Origin: Lama glama
Taxonomy: Eukaryota
Direction of reading: 5' to 3'
Assembly: GCA_028534125.1 (NCBI GenBank)
Contig: CM052816.1
Location: forward strand, 68,636,001 to 68,700,000
DNA length: 64,000 nt
Position 1 is the stretch's first letter, and the number at the start of each line of letters is the position of its first letter. Below, piece by piece: positions 11,800 to 23,114 of the stretch. Both the position numbers and the translations under genes were made by a program. The notes beneath the pieces were generated by a model. The model was given only the letters and a program-made list of their open reading frames with translations, had not been told where the DNA came from and made no database searches.

Positions 11800-12860
11800 A
11801 ATAACAAAGGACAATTCATAGAAAAGGAAATACAATTACATTTTAAACATATAAACTGTTTTCACCCTTACAATAAGAAAAATGACAAACTTAAAGTATC
11901 TGTTTTACATGCGCATTATCAAAGATCAAATGACTTGATAATATGCAGCATTAGGTTAGATATAAAACAATTGGCCATCACATGCATATTTGATGGAAGT
12001 GTAAAGTGGTACCTCCTCTTTGAAGTTATGTTTTGGCAACATCCATCAAAAAGGAAAATGTACATACTCTTTGACAGGGCTATTTCACCTCAAGAAATTT
12101 ATCAGGGAGATACACACTCCCTTGCATATGCATACAAAGAAATGTGCAACTTGAATATTGTATGTTGTAGGGGAAGATTGAAAACAACTTGAAAGTTCAT
12201 CAATAGCATACTGGTTAAGTAAATTATGCCTCATCCATTCAGTGGAATGCTATCATAACTGTTAAAAAGAGAAATAGGCTACTTTACAAAATGCTTAGAA
12301 TATGTTTCAGGATATGTGGAGAAGAAAAATTGCCACAAAGGGTAGACAACTGGAAAAATTTATATTTGGATTATGTATTAGATAATAGTATTGTATCAAT
12401 ATTAAATTTCCTGATTTGATCATTGTATCATGGTTAGGTAAGGGAAAATCCTAGTTCTTAGAAGATACACAAACAAGTATTTAGGGATTAAGATATCTGC
12501 AACTGACTCTGAAATGATTTAGCAATAATAATAGTAACAATAATCAAAATTATCCATAGATATAAAGAGAGAATACAGTTGTGGCAAAATGTTAATTGAT
12601 GAATCTAAGTGAAAGGAATGCAAGAGTAATTTTACTATTCTTGTAACTTTTCTGAAGGTTTGAATTAAAAAAAAAAGAAAACCTTAAAAAGACAGAAATA
12701 GAGGGGCAAAGCAGTCTATAGTGTACTCCCTTTCGGGAGAAGTGTGTACACTACCTCTAGAAGGAAACAGAAGAAATTGGTAAAAGTGGTTGCTTCTGGG
12801 AAGGCGAACTGGCCCGAGGAATGGTGTGGGAGGGAGATTTACTATACTGTTTACCTACCT
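11800..12860 (+). mobile_element. Nested old L1 fragments (L1ME-like, with an L1MC/MD-like piece at about 12330-12680)
   Basis: Decayed ORF2 C-terminus/3' UTR motifs; gtatcaatattaaatttcctgatttgatcattgta...gtggcaaaatgttaa...ctattcttgtaacttttctg. Confidence 0.6.
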
Positions 12861-13200
12861 GTTCTGTTGGGACCCTTCAATTTTTCCTGTACTGTTGGGA
12901 CCCTCCAATTTTTTTTAACTTATGCACGTATGCTCTATTCAAAGTGAGAGAAAGACAGAGACAAAGACAGAACAAGTTGTTTAAAAAATAGCCACAAGTT
13001 ACCAACCAACAAACACAACTTCAATTCCATTGCACAAGTGGTTAGAGAAACTATCACTTTTCCCAATTTTAGGCATGCCCATGTACACTGATCAAAATCT
13101 GTCAGTCTCATTCTAAAAAAATGAAGGGCAGAACAAAAAATGCTGCCACTCAGGAACAAGCACGATTAATATTTTCCTATGTTTCCTTGTTTCCCCACAC

Positions 13201-13422
13201 TTTTTTTTAACATTTTTTATTGATTTATAATCATTTTACAATGTTGTGTCAAATTCCAGTGTAGAGCACAATTTTTCAGTTATACATGAACACATATATA
13301 TTCATTGTCACCTTTTTTTCTCTGTGAGCTACCATAAGATCCTGTATATATTTCCCTGTGCTATACAGTATAATCTTGTTTATCTATTCTACATTTTGAA
13401 ATCCCAGTCTGTCCCTTCCCAC
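13201..13422 (-). mobile_element. Young lineage-specific L1 3' end (5'-truncated)
   Basis: Highly similar to the copies at 29270-29685, 50026-50189 and 54590-54857 (tgtcaaattccagtgtagagcacaatttttcagttatac); degenerate TSD ccccacacttttt / ccccatattttt. Confidence 0.85.
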
Positions 13423-13839
13423 CCCCATATTTTTTTAACATACTTGAGATCATACTTACATAGTTTTATGATCTACCTCTGTTTTATCTTAACATCATGT
13501 CAATCATCATCTCGTGTCCTTAAAAACTCTTTTTAGACAAAATTTTTAATAGCTGCATAACATACTATCCCATGTTGTCTTATAATGGAGTTGAGCATTC
13601 CTTATTGTTAGACATTCAGATTGTTTGCAGTTTTTTTTTTTACCTACTGTAAGTAAATCTGCAATGAATATAATTACTTAAAATTCTTCATCTGATTTCA
13701 GTTATTTCTTCAAGCTAGGTTCCTAGTAGAAAAAGTGTGAAGTCATGTAGTATTAAGACATTTAAACACTCATGAGACAAACTGTCAGATTCCTTTCTTA
13801 AAAGATTGTCCCAACACTGCATCTTGCAGTGCAAGGGCC

Positions 13840-14110
13840 TTCTAGAGTAGGAGTCAGGAGAACTGTGTCGTGGTCCCTGCCCTGCTACAAACCAGCTGTG
13901 TGATCCTAAGAAAAGTAATTTTTAAAAAATGATTCTAAAATATGTGTAAACCTGACATGATTTTTAAATCCCTTTCACGTGTATTTTTTCCCTAATCTCA
14001 TAGCCACCCCATGAAACAGCAGGGAGATACTATTTCCATTTGAAATATCAGAAAGTGAGGCCCAGAATGGTTAAGTGATTTTTCCAGGGTCACAACTGGT
14101 AAATGACGTA
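13840..14110. mobile_element. MIR fragments in opposite orientations
   Basis: ggagtcaggagaactg...cagctgtgtgatcct and cagaaagtgaggcccagaatggttaagtgatttttccagggtcaca. Confidence 0.55.
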
Positions 14111-14221
14111 AAACGTACAACTTCAGTTCCTATTTCAGAATGATTTCTATTATCGCACACTGCATCTTTCTTATCATCTTGTCATGTAGTCATTCTGGAT
14201 CTCAAGATAGGGACTGTCCCG

Positions 14222-14375
14222 GAGCTTCTCAGACTTTCTTGTGCACATATCCTCAGGGGAACCTTGTTAACAAGCAGAATCTAATTAGTAGGTCAGGATA
14301 TCCCCCAACAGTCTACATTTCTAACAAGCTCTGGATGAAACAATGCTGGTCTGTGGACCTCCCTTTGAATAGTAA
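14222..14375. mobile_element. MER5A-like hAT-Charlie MITE
   Basis: cttctcagacttt...cttgttaacaagcagaatct...catttctaacaagctc...gctggtctgtggacctccctttgaatag. Confidence 0.6.
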
Positions 14376-16830
14376 AATACAAGACAGTCTCTTAAACTCC
14401 TTTCGGCAATAAAATTCCATATTTCAGTACTTTTCACCTAAAATCAGATTGTATCGTGTATAGAAGCCATTTTTCATATAGAACCGCCAGGTTCCAGAAT
14501 GTGTAGATCAGTAAATGAGGGTCAGTAGCTGAGTGTAGCCTGGATTCCATAATTTTCTGCCACAGTATCAAGTAATGAAGCTTAAAGATGAACATAAGTC
14601 CAATAAAGGGGCTCTTCAAAACTAAGAACACAGATTATGGGACCAGCCCAGTAACTGAGTATGACACTTGGCTGGGGAGGCCAGAGCTATACACCCAAGA
14701 AATTGTGAGGAAAAAATAATAGATTCACTGTATTGGTTAATTACAGGTGGCAATTGATGGAAGAGTTTAAGGTGAGTCTTTGGGGTTTCGATGCTGAGTA
14801 ATTGGTAAGTGATGGAAACATAAGCAAAAACAGGGACATCATGAAACATGCTGACTAAATAAATAACTATAACAACAGTTACCCCCACCAACTTTTTTAT
14901 ATCCTGCCATGGCTCAGGATACTATGATCGCAACAGCAGAAGATTAATTTGATATAATTTTGCCTTAACTTTCTGATTATTAGTTAACATTCTGTCTTTT
15001 GACTATGAAGATAGCTGCTGGGCTTCTACTTGGTTTTCCAGGAGTCATGGATATGCGTTTCTGCCTCCTTTCTACCCTTCCTAACAACCATCGGTGGTAA
15101 CACAGTTAACTAAGAATAGAGAGACATGTGTGTGCTTGGATCAGGGCCAAACTAACTTGTGTCTGTGGGATTTAGACTCAGAAGTGGCATGGTGAATTCC
15201 TGCTGTCTGCCCTCTCCCAGCGCATAGAGCTTTATAAAGGCATTAATCTAATTCTGATTTCATCTGATTTAGCGGGATCCACTAGAATCTTCCTTGCTGG
15301 AATGGTAAATTCTTTATGACTGAGTTCAGCTCACAAATGTACTGGCTTCATTGCCTTGTGGATGCCTTGATGCCCTCAGAATAGCACAGTTATTTGCAGC
15401 AAAGGGCAGACCTTTATACCCCATTGGCAGCCTCTTCTCGGTAGAGTTCGTGGGAGCCTGAGAGAAAGAAGCCCAGACACACATGCAATTTCCTCCTCTG
15501 TTCATCAATTCACTCCATTGTCTTTTTTTGGTAGTTTGACCTCCTGCCACAATTGTAAGATATCTTGGGAAATTCTGAGATATAATTTATAACTCTTGCT
15601 GTACAGACAGAAGATTTTTCAATTAAAATGAAAGCAGTAATAGAAACATATTTTCAAAGAAGTGGGTTGGATTTTGTTTAAGCCACATGTCTTCATCAAA
15701 TTCCAACTGGGATAGTTCCATGTGGGGATTTTTTTTCTTCTTACTTTTTATCTTGGGTAAGTAACAAGAATTTGTAGAACACCCACTCTGTTTAGAGCAC
15801 AGTAATAGTATGCCATTGTTTAGAGTTCAAAACAAGTTACTAATTCAATAAACCCAATAAAAGAGTTTGGTGGGGTTTTTACTGCTTTGTAATAGCCATT
15901 TTAATCTATGCTTTTATATTTCAATGGTAGAATTACGTGGCATCATAGAGAATGATTCATCATAAATTTGCAGTTGACTATGAAATGAAACGGGAATGTG
16001 ATGTGAAGCCACTAGGAAAAGAGTTTATCTCCATTCCTTCCCATCTTCTGGCTTCTGATGTTTCAGTGATGGAAGAAATGTTCCAAGCCAAGAAAAGACA
16101 GATTCAAAATCAGCATCTGTCACAGTAGAGATGAGTAATGAGTCCTCAGGATAATTCTGTTTGTGTCTGGCTGTAAAAACCTGTCCTGTGCACTTATCAC
16201 TTTTCTCAATCACTTCTTGGGCCAGTAAGATTGACATAAGCAAAGAAATTAGTTCAGATAATGTCTTTAAACACAGGATGGCCTTAGAGAAGAGGCAACT
16301 GATTCAGAACAACTGATTATTTCAGCCACAGTCACACAGCAGGAAGATACCCAAAACAAAATAAGTGCCCCAAGACTTGCATAAGAATGAACCACAGAAA
16401 GAGAAGATAAAGCTCTGCAGGAAACCAGCTAGATTTCATTTATTATTTCAGCTGTCTGGCAAGATTTTTTTCAACATATACTTTAAAAAACTTTCTTATC
16501 ATGGCACCAGCTGAGTTCTTTGACATGTCACTTCATCTTGACATTCAAAATAATAACTAAGCTTAGTTTACAGGCTCTGTCCAAACACAAGTTGAAAAGG
16601 AGAATTTATAAAGTTTCTGGTTGATTTGGGCCAAAAAGAACATTTTTTGGTCATCTGAGCACATTTCAGATTAGTTTCACTTTCAGTAATGGGGTAACAT
16701 TGACAGAAGCTAAACAATTTGTATTGGTTCAATCTTTGCATTTATGTTTTGGGATATCATACCAAATCTTTCAAAATATCCAATTTATTAAGTTTTATAG
16801 AGCCCAAATATCATTTGAAGGTAATATAGC

Positions 16831-17399
16831 TGTCCCAACCAAAAACTGCTACTACTAATAATGCAGGAGCCTGCAAATAAGAAGAGTTTATTTAGGGGTC
16901 TTAAGAATTGCAGTTTGGGGAGGAGGGAGGGTATAGCTCAGTTATAGAGGACATGCTTAGCATGCACAATGTCCTGGATTCAATCCCCAGTACTTCCATT
17001 AATTAATTAATTAATTGCAGTTCAGGAAACTCAGATTTGTGTAAACCCGAAAGAACGTTCCAAAAAAGAGAAAGAGTCAGTTGTTTATAAAGGCAAAAAA
17101 CCACTGGTTAAAAGTTGCCTGGAGAGAATTGTCATCAACTCTGACATGAAAATATTTGTCCTTGAGAAATCACTAGTTGTTTTAGGGTAGGGGTCTGATA
17201 AGTAGATAGACTATCAAAAGGTATTTTAGGGTAAGGGTCTGATAAGTATCTTGAGTTTCTGGACAGTGTTCTTGGTAACTTCATCAGGTCAAAGGTTCAG
17301 ATTCCATCCAAGCTGAGACATTGCCTAAGTCACGCTTCCTTAAGCACATTGAAGAATGCTGTCTTAGCAATGCCAACCCCATTTTGATTTCCTTTCCCA
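16831..17399 (-). mobile_element. Probable ERV1-class solo LTR, interrupted by a SINE
   Basis: TG...CA termini; minus strand starts tgggaaaggaaatcaaaatgg, with TATA-like TATAAA near 17086 and AATAAA near 16890; internal 25-bp direct repeat. Confidence 0.55.
16917..17012 (+). mobile_element. Camelid tRNA-Ala-derived SINE (Vic-1-like), short form
   Basis: gggagggtatagctcagttatagag...gcttagcatgcac...ggattcaatcccc (A box, AGC anticodon loop, B box); (TTAA)n tail; 10-bp TSD aattgcagtt at 16906-16915 and 17013-17022. Confidence 0.88.
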
Positions 17400-17607
17400 G
17401 CTATTACCTATGTTCATAAAGTTAAATCCATTGGCATCAAAACCTCAAACTTTTGATATTCACTTTTACAACCCCAGAAACATGGTTTAAAGTGATGTGT
17501 ATGACATGAATATACCCCCAGTTGATAGTTTCCTCACCTTGCAGTTAATGTAAGGGCATCATAGAAGGTAGTTTCAGTATCAATGACAAACTGTGCTATT
17601 ATTTTTA

Positions 17608-17926
17608 ACTGAACTTATTTACAAAACAGAAACAGACTCACAGACATAGAAAACAAACTTACGGTTACCAAAGGGGAAAGTTGGGGGAGAGATAAATTAG
17701 GAGTTTGGGATTAACAGATACAAACTACTATATATATATGTAATAGATAAACAGCAAGGGCCTACTGTATAGCACAGGGAACTACAGTCAATATATTGTA
17801 ATAACCTATAATGAAAAGGAATATAAAAAAGAATATGTATATATGAAACATGCTGTACGCCAGAAACTAACAAACAACATTGTAAATCAACTATACTTCA
17901 ATAAAAATAAATAAATAAATAAATAA
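17608..17926 (+). mobile_element. L1 3' end with (TAAA)n tail
   Basis: tgaacttatttacaaaacagaaacagactcacagacatagaaaac...gtaaatcaactatacttcaataaaaataaataaat. Confidence 0.85.
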
Positions 17927-17983
17927 CAAAGTGGCTGCATCATTTTGCATTCTCATCTTTTTAAAAAATCTAATTTAGCAATC

Positions 17984-18101
17984 TTAGTCCTGATTCTTTC
18001 TTTCCTAAATTACATATAATCAGCCTCTTGAATTCTCCTGTGTTAGTCCTGATTCTTTCTTTCCTAAATTACGTATAATCAGCCTCTTGAATTCTCCTGT
18101 G
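17984..18101. repeat. 59-bp tandem duplication (2 copies, 1 mismatch)
   Basis: ttagtcctgattctttctttcctaaattac(a/g)tataatcagcctcttgaattctcctgtg at 17984-18042 and 18043-18101. Confidence 0.95.
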
Positions 18102-19800
18102 AACCAGTTTTCTCATCTTGATGACTCCCCAACTAATAAGGTAAATAAATATTTGACATGTGCTCACTTAAATATTTGTGTTAAGGGCCATGCTTTTTCA
18201 CTTTTTAAAAAATACATTTTGACAATAATAGCCAACTGAATTTCCCGCATGAAAGATGACCCTGCTGACTCACCATAGGGAAGAAAACTCTTTTGTTATT
18301 TTTCTAAGTCATGGTAATGATCTTTACAGCACACTCTGAATGACTTTCCTAAGGGTCAAATCCTGCGTAAACCAGCTCAACAGTCCTATGAAAAGCTAAC
18401 ATTTTACAAATGCAGAGGAGCACCTGGTGATCATTCCAGTAAATTAATCCACAGATTCTTTTTTTAAAAATGTTTCAATTTGGGAACCAATTACTGGATA
18501 AATACTAAGTCAACCTTGGCATAAATCTAACTAAAGTAAAATTTTCAAGCCACACAATCTCCTTTTTTTCTATATATTTTAAATTTTGGTGGCCTCTGTT
18601 AAGGGAGAGGATTGAAATCAATCTCCTGCAACTGAGTCTTAGGCTTATCTCCAAGAAGTAGAATCCTCACAGCGTTCTGAGGCCTGCAGGCTGAATTCTG
18701 ACACTGCATAGACCATCCACAGGCAGGGTAGGAGAAAAACTACGTGCCGCAGTCAGGGAGGCTAGGGTGTGTGGTTTGAATGTCAAGGGCCTTCTTCGGC
18801 TTGCTGCAAACCTCATTCTGACTCCTCCATTTTCAGACTGTTGAGCTGAAGTCTATTTCTCTGCAGTTTTAAGTTATTCCAGACCGTGGATAAATGATTC
18901 GCTCTCCCAACTCCCCTCAGATGTGGAGTCCTTGGGCAGTGGCTGGCTCTGAGCACAAGTAACTCGCACACATACCCCCCTCAACTAATGTAAAGGTCCC
19001 AACATAAACATTAGTTCTTACCAGTGTTCCAAGGATTTTAAAGGCTTTGGTGCTGTAAAAAAAAAATATTTAGTCAGCTTGTAATAGCTACAATCTTGCT
19101 CCTGTTTCAGCTTTTAAAAAAAGAAGAAGAAAAAGGGGAAAAAAAGGAAACCATACTCATTTCTTCCTTCCACAGCTCAGTGAAGTTCCAAAAAGCAGAC
19201 AGAATCCCTTAGCTTGCCTCATTGGTAGAAATGCCTGGTTGGGACATTCCTTTGGCCACTTCAGCTGAAAACTGCATACTTCTGGGACCAAAGCATCCCT
19301 GCTTGAGTCTCCAGGCTCAGCACTGACTTAGAACTGTCTGTAAAGATTGGAGAAGTCTGTGCAAAACCCACCAGAGAAAACAACACAAAACCATACCTGA
19401 CCCCAGATGGAGGTTTCATTTTCAGAGAGAAAACAGCCACTGAGATAGTAGCAACCCTCAAGATCTGTTTTTATTCTAACTGCCAAAGAGGTAACCACTT
19501 TTTGGGGAATACTTGTTTCTGTTACCATCAGATACACAAAAGTGTAGAAAACTCCTTTACTTGGTGAAATGAGACAGTACTCAGTATGATACACTGTGGC
19601 AACCTTCTCCAAGTGGCCAAACTTACAAGAGAAGGAACCCTCCCTATAGGAAACGGAAAAGCTGATGGGACCTTTCCTATCTGGGATACTCACGGCTGTT
19701 TTGCTGCTGCAGCTTGTGCTTAATACCTTGTTTTATTTGGCAATGAGCAAGCAAGGAAAACAAGGGTATTAATAACAATCATTGACATTTGAACTTCCTG

Positions 19801-19815
19801 GGTACACCATGTGCT
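19801..19815. promoter_or_regulatory. Candidate androgen/glucocorticoid response element
   Basis: GGTACA-cca-TGTGCT fits RGNACAnnnTGTNCY at every position; motif match only. Confidence 0.35.
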
Positions 19816-20979
19816 TGTACCCAAGTGCTGAATAGAATTGTTAAAAAAGGTTATCTATGTGTGTGTGCAAATGAGACTAAAATTTGCCACAAACTTAAAT
19901 CATTCATTTTTCCTTTGTCCCAGAAAAAACACATTTTTGTCTCTGTGGCATTTGAATCAACTCCTCTTTCCTTTTCGAGTTTTGGCATTTGAAAAGGTTT
20001 TAGGTCATGAAATGACTTTATGTGTTCTGCAACTCCTGCCACAAAGCCTTAAGGCGCGCCAATTAAAAACACAACAGCGAAGAAGTGAAGCAATGTGATG
20101 ATTTTCCATCAATGAAATGGTTTCCATCAGCAAGCTCCTTCCAAAATTATACTGCTATTTGGTGGCTCAAATGCTGTAAATCTGATTGTCTTTCTGGTTT
20201 TGTGGCAAATCTTACCTGCTGTGATCTTGGTTGGTGACGTGGGATTGTTATCTGGCCGCCATCCCTCCTTTCTTAGAAGGGTGGAAAATCAGTAGGGTTG
20301 TAGGTGCTGGAAAAACAAGGGTCCAGGTTGGAGTCTCCTGTGGGTGGTACCATTTATGAACTATGGAATTCAAATTCTGAAGTTTGCCCCATATTCTTGG
20401 AATATTAAAATCTGCCCACAGGAGAGTTTACCAGAAAAGGAATCTCTGAGGTGAGGAGCTGGTGTCTCCATCTTTGCCTCAGATGGTCAACATTTCTGGG
20501 AAAAACTCAGCTGGGAGCTCTTCTGAGAAATAAGCTGACATCACAGAGTTGAAGGACTTCTTGCCTCTAATGTTCTAGAAAATTCAAAGCCACTGTTTAA
20601 AATAGACTCTAGCTTAGAGTCAGACACACTGATGCCTCCTTACAAGCAAATAGAGGAGTTCTGCTCCAGGAGCAAGTGTCTTCTGCTATGAGGGATTCCA
20701 GTGTCAGCAGTTTGTATCACTAATACAGTGGTAAGAACACATTTGGTGGAAACCCCCAGCAAAAGCAATTTATATATCTATCCCTGATGCATTTCTCCCC
20801 CATAATTTGGCCTTCTTAAATAGCCTAATCCATCTAATTGCACTTTTGGCATTCTGAAAAATGTAACATTATCAGTGACTAAAGGGAGTAACTTGAACCT
20901 AGAAGATGTTTAGCTGTTTAAATGACCTAATCCTATCCCTAACAGCTTCTTCCCTGACCCCTTACCTTCTTCTTTCTTT

Positions 20980-21870
20980 TTTCTAAATTACAAAGGTACA
21001 ACATATACCCATGGAATAATATTTATTAAAGCACAAATAATTTTAAAAAATCTTTCATGGTTCCATCAGCTAGAAATGATTATCATAATCATGTGAATGT
21101 ATTTCCTTCCAGTCTTTTTTCTATGCAGGAATTTTATATATTTTGCATTATAAATCATATGTATAATATTATATTATAAATCACTATGCTTTCTATAAAC
21201 AATTCACATAAGAAATAATGGAGAAACTAACATTTGGTAACCTCCCAACCCATAACAAAGATACTGCCAAAGCCAAAGCCAGATACCAATTCATAATAGT
21301 TGATAACATTATTTATTGTATATCAAGATTATAGATATTGTATCAAATATAAAGTAATTGATAAATACAATGTCTATATAGATATATTGTATTTAATATA
21401 TATTACTTATTATCTATTATGTATAATGATTTGACATTTTTACCAAATTGTTTATATTACACATTGTGTTCTGTAATATGCTTTTTTCCACATAATAATA
21501 TATCTAGACATCTTTCAAAATCCAGATATGTGTACCTACTCCATTTTTTAAATGACTAAGTAGTTTTCCATTGCATGGATGTACCATAGTTTGTTTATTT
21601 AATCTCTACTGATGAAGATCTGTTCTTTCTAATATTTTGATATTGTAAACAATAGAGTGGATATCCTTGTATCTTTGCACACCTGTTTGGGAGAAAGAAT
21701 TGTTGGATCAAAGGATGTTGTGCATGTGTTTTAAAATACAACCATAATTACATCATATATAATTATGTCCTTCACTTCCTCTAAAGATTATATCATTTCA
21801 ATATATCACATTAACTTTGTATCATTTTAATGGCTGCATAATATCTTATCAAGTGAATTCATACTTCTAA
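20980..21870 (-). mobile_element. Decayed L1ME-like fragments / AT-rich sequence
   Basis: tttttaaatgactaagtagttttccattgcatggatgtaccatagtttgttt...gaattgttggatcaaagg. Confidence 0.5.
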
Positions 21871-22714
21871 GCCATATGAATATTGTATACATGAGACACT
21901 TACCTCTCACTGTTTTTAACTTCTAACACTAGTGGCTGGCTTTAACCACATCCTGTGTGGAACTCAGTGTGACTATACACAACATGTCTTATTAGAGGTA
22001 AAAAAATACACAAGCAATTTTTTTAAACTGCTTTATATCTGTAAAGATAAGAAAAAGAATCAAAAGAGTCACATTCTATAATTTTATGAAGGGAATAAAC
22101 CAATTTTTTAAGAATAAAAAATTATTTCTTGACAGCAAATCTAAGTCACCCAAGAGTTCAGTGAAAAGTCTCTTTAAAAAACAGTCACATCAGAGACAGA
22201 AGAGGTTTTTAGCTAAAATAGTTCATTAGCAGTTAATCTAGGAAACCACAATGTTTCCTGATCACAATGTTTGCTGCCCTGGTTTCTGATCCCCTGGTTT
22301 ATGGCACTCATTGTTCCTGGCTGTCAGCTGTCAGATTGTTTTATACCATAGTCATTAAGAAACCCAGCAGTTAAAAAACAGACTCATACCTATGTCTCCA
22401 AGCTCCATTAAATCACACCTCTATCAAGAGCCAGATTCCCAGAAACATCAGACATATTGGACCTTGCAATTCTGGAAATTTTTATTAATTTGCTCTATGT
22501 AAAGCACTATCCATAATCCAGGATTTTAAAAAATGAGTAAGTGGAACACTTTTTCTAATACAATTTTATATGGAAATCTAATATGTAAAACATTAAAGAA
22601 AAGTCTAAGCTAGATCTAGGCTCAGAGCCTCACTTCAGCCTTCTCCTTTCCCCAGTACTGTGGTCCTTGACGTACAGCCTCAGATGGCAGTTGGGTCTAA
22701 AATAAGCAAGAGTT

Positions 22715-22860
22715 GGGGAAGGGTATAGCTCCGTGATAGAGCACATGCTTAGCATGCACCAGGTCCTGACTTCAATCTCCAGTACTTCAATTTTAAAAAA
22801 ATTTTTTAGTAAAATAAAATTTGAAAAATATAAAAGAACAAGAAATGAAACAAAATAATA
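22715..22860 (+). mobile_element. Camelid tRNA-Ala-derived SINE (Vic-1-like), diverged
   Basis: ggggaagggtatagctccgtgatagagcacatgcttagcatgcaccaggtcctgacttcaatctccagtac followed by an A-rich tail. Confidence 0.85.
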
Positions 22861-23114
22861 GATGAGATATTGATAAGGAGAGGGACCAAGTCTGCAAAAA
22901 AAAGAATTCTTTCTTTTTTTGCCAAGAAACAAATATTTATTGAATTAATTTATAATCAGTTCTTTTGACCTTAATGCACATATTGGGCTCATACAAACAA
23001 CTAAATTAATACATATAGATATATTCTGATAGATGCACTAACATATAATAAATATTTTTTGACATTGTTCTAGCTTTCTACACACATCCTTTCTCCCCTT
23101 CTAGTCATCTACTA

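Noticed and set aside
16025..16243. 72-aa minus-strand ORF as an exon or pseudogene
   Set aside because: No recognisable similarity, no ATG start and no convincing exon structure
16820..17410. Inverted flanks around two LTRs (ggtaatatagc / gctattacc here; tcag / ctga at 41799-42251) as a novel integration signature
   Set aside because: Short matches in old, mutated sequence with uncertain boundaries; chance or TSD decay is sufficient
17984..18101. CRISPR-like array
   Set aside because: Only two adjacent copies, no spacers, eukaryotic context
22630..22932. 100-aa ORF (and the similar one at 56443-56643)
   Set aside because: Antisense translation of the SINE and its A-rich tail
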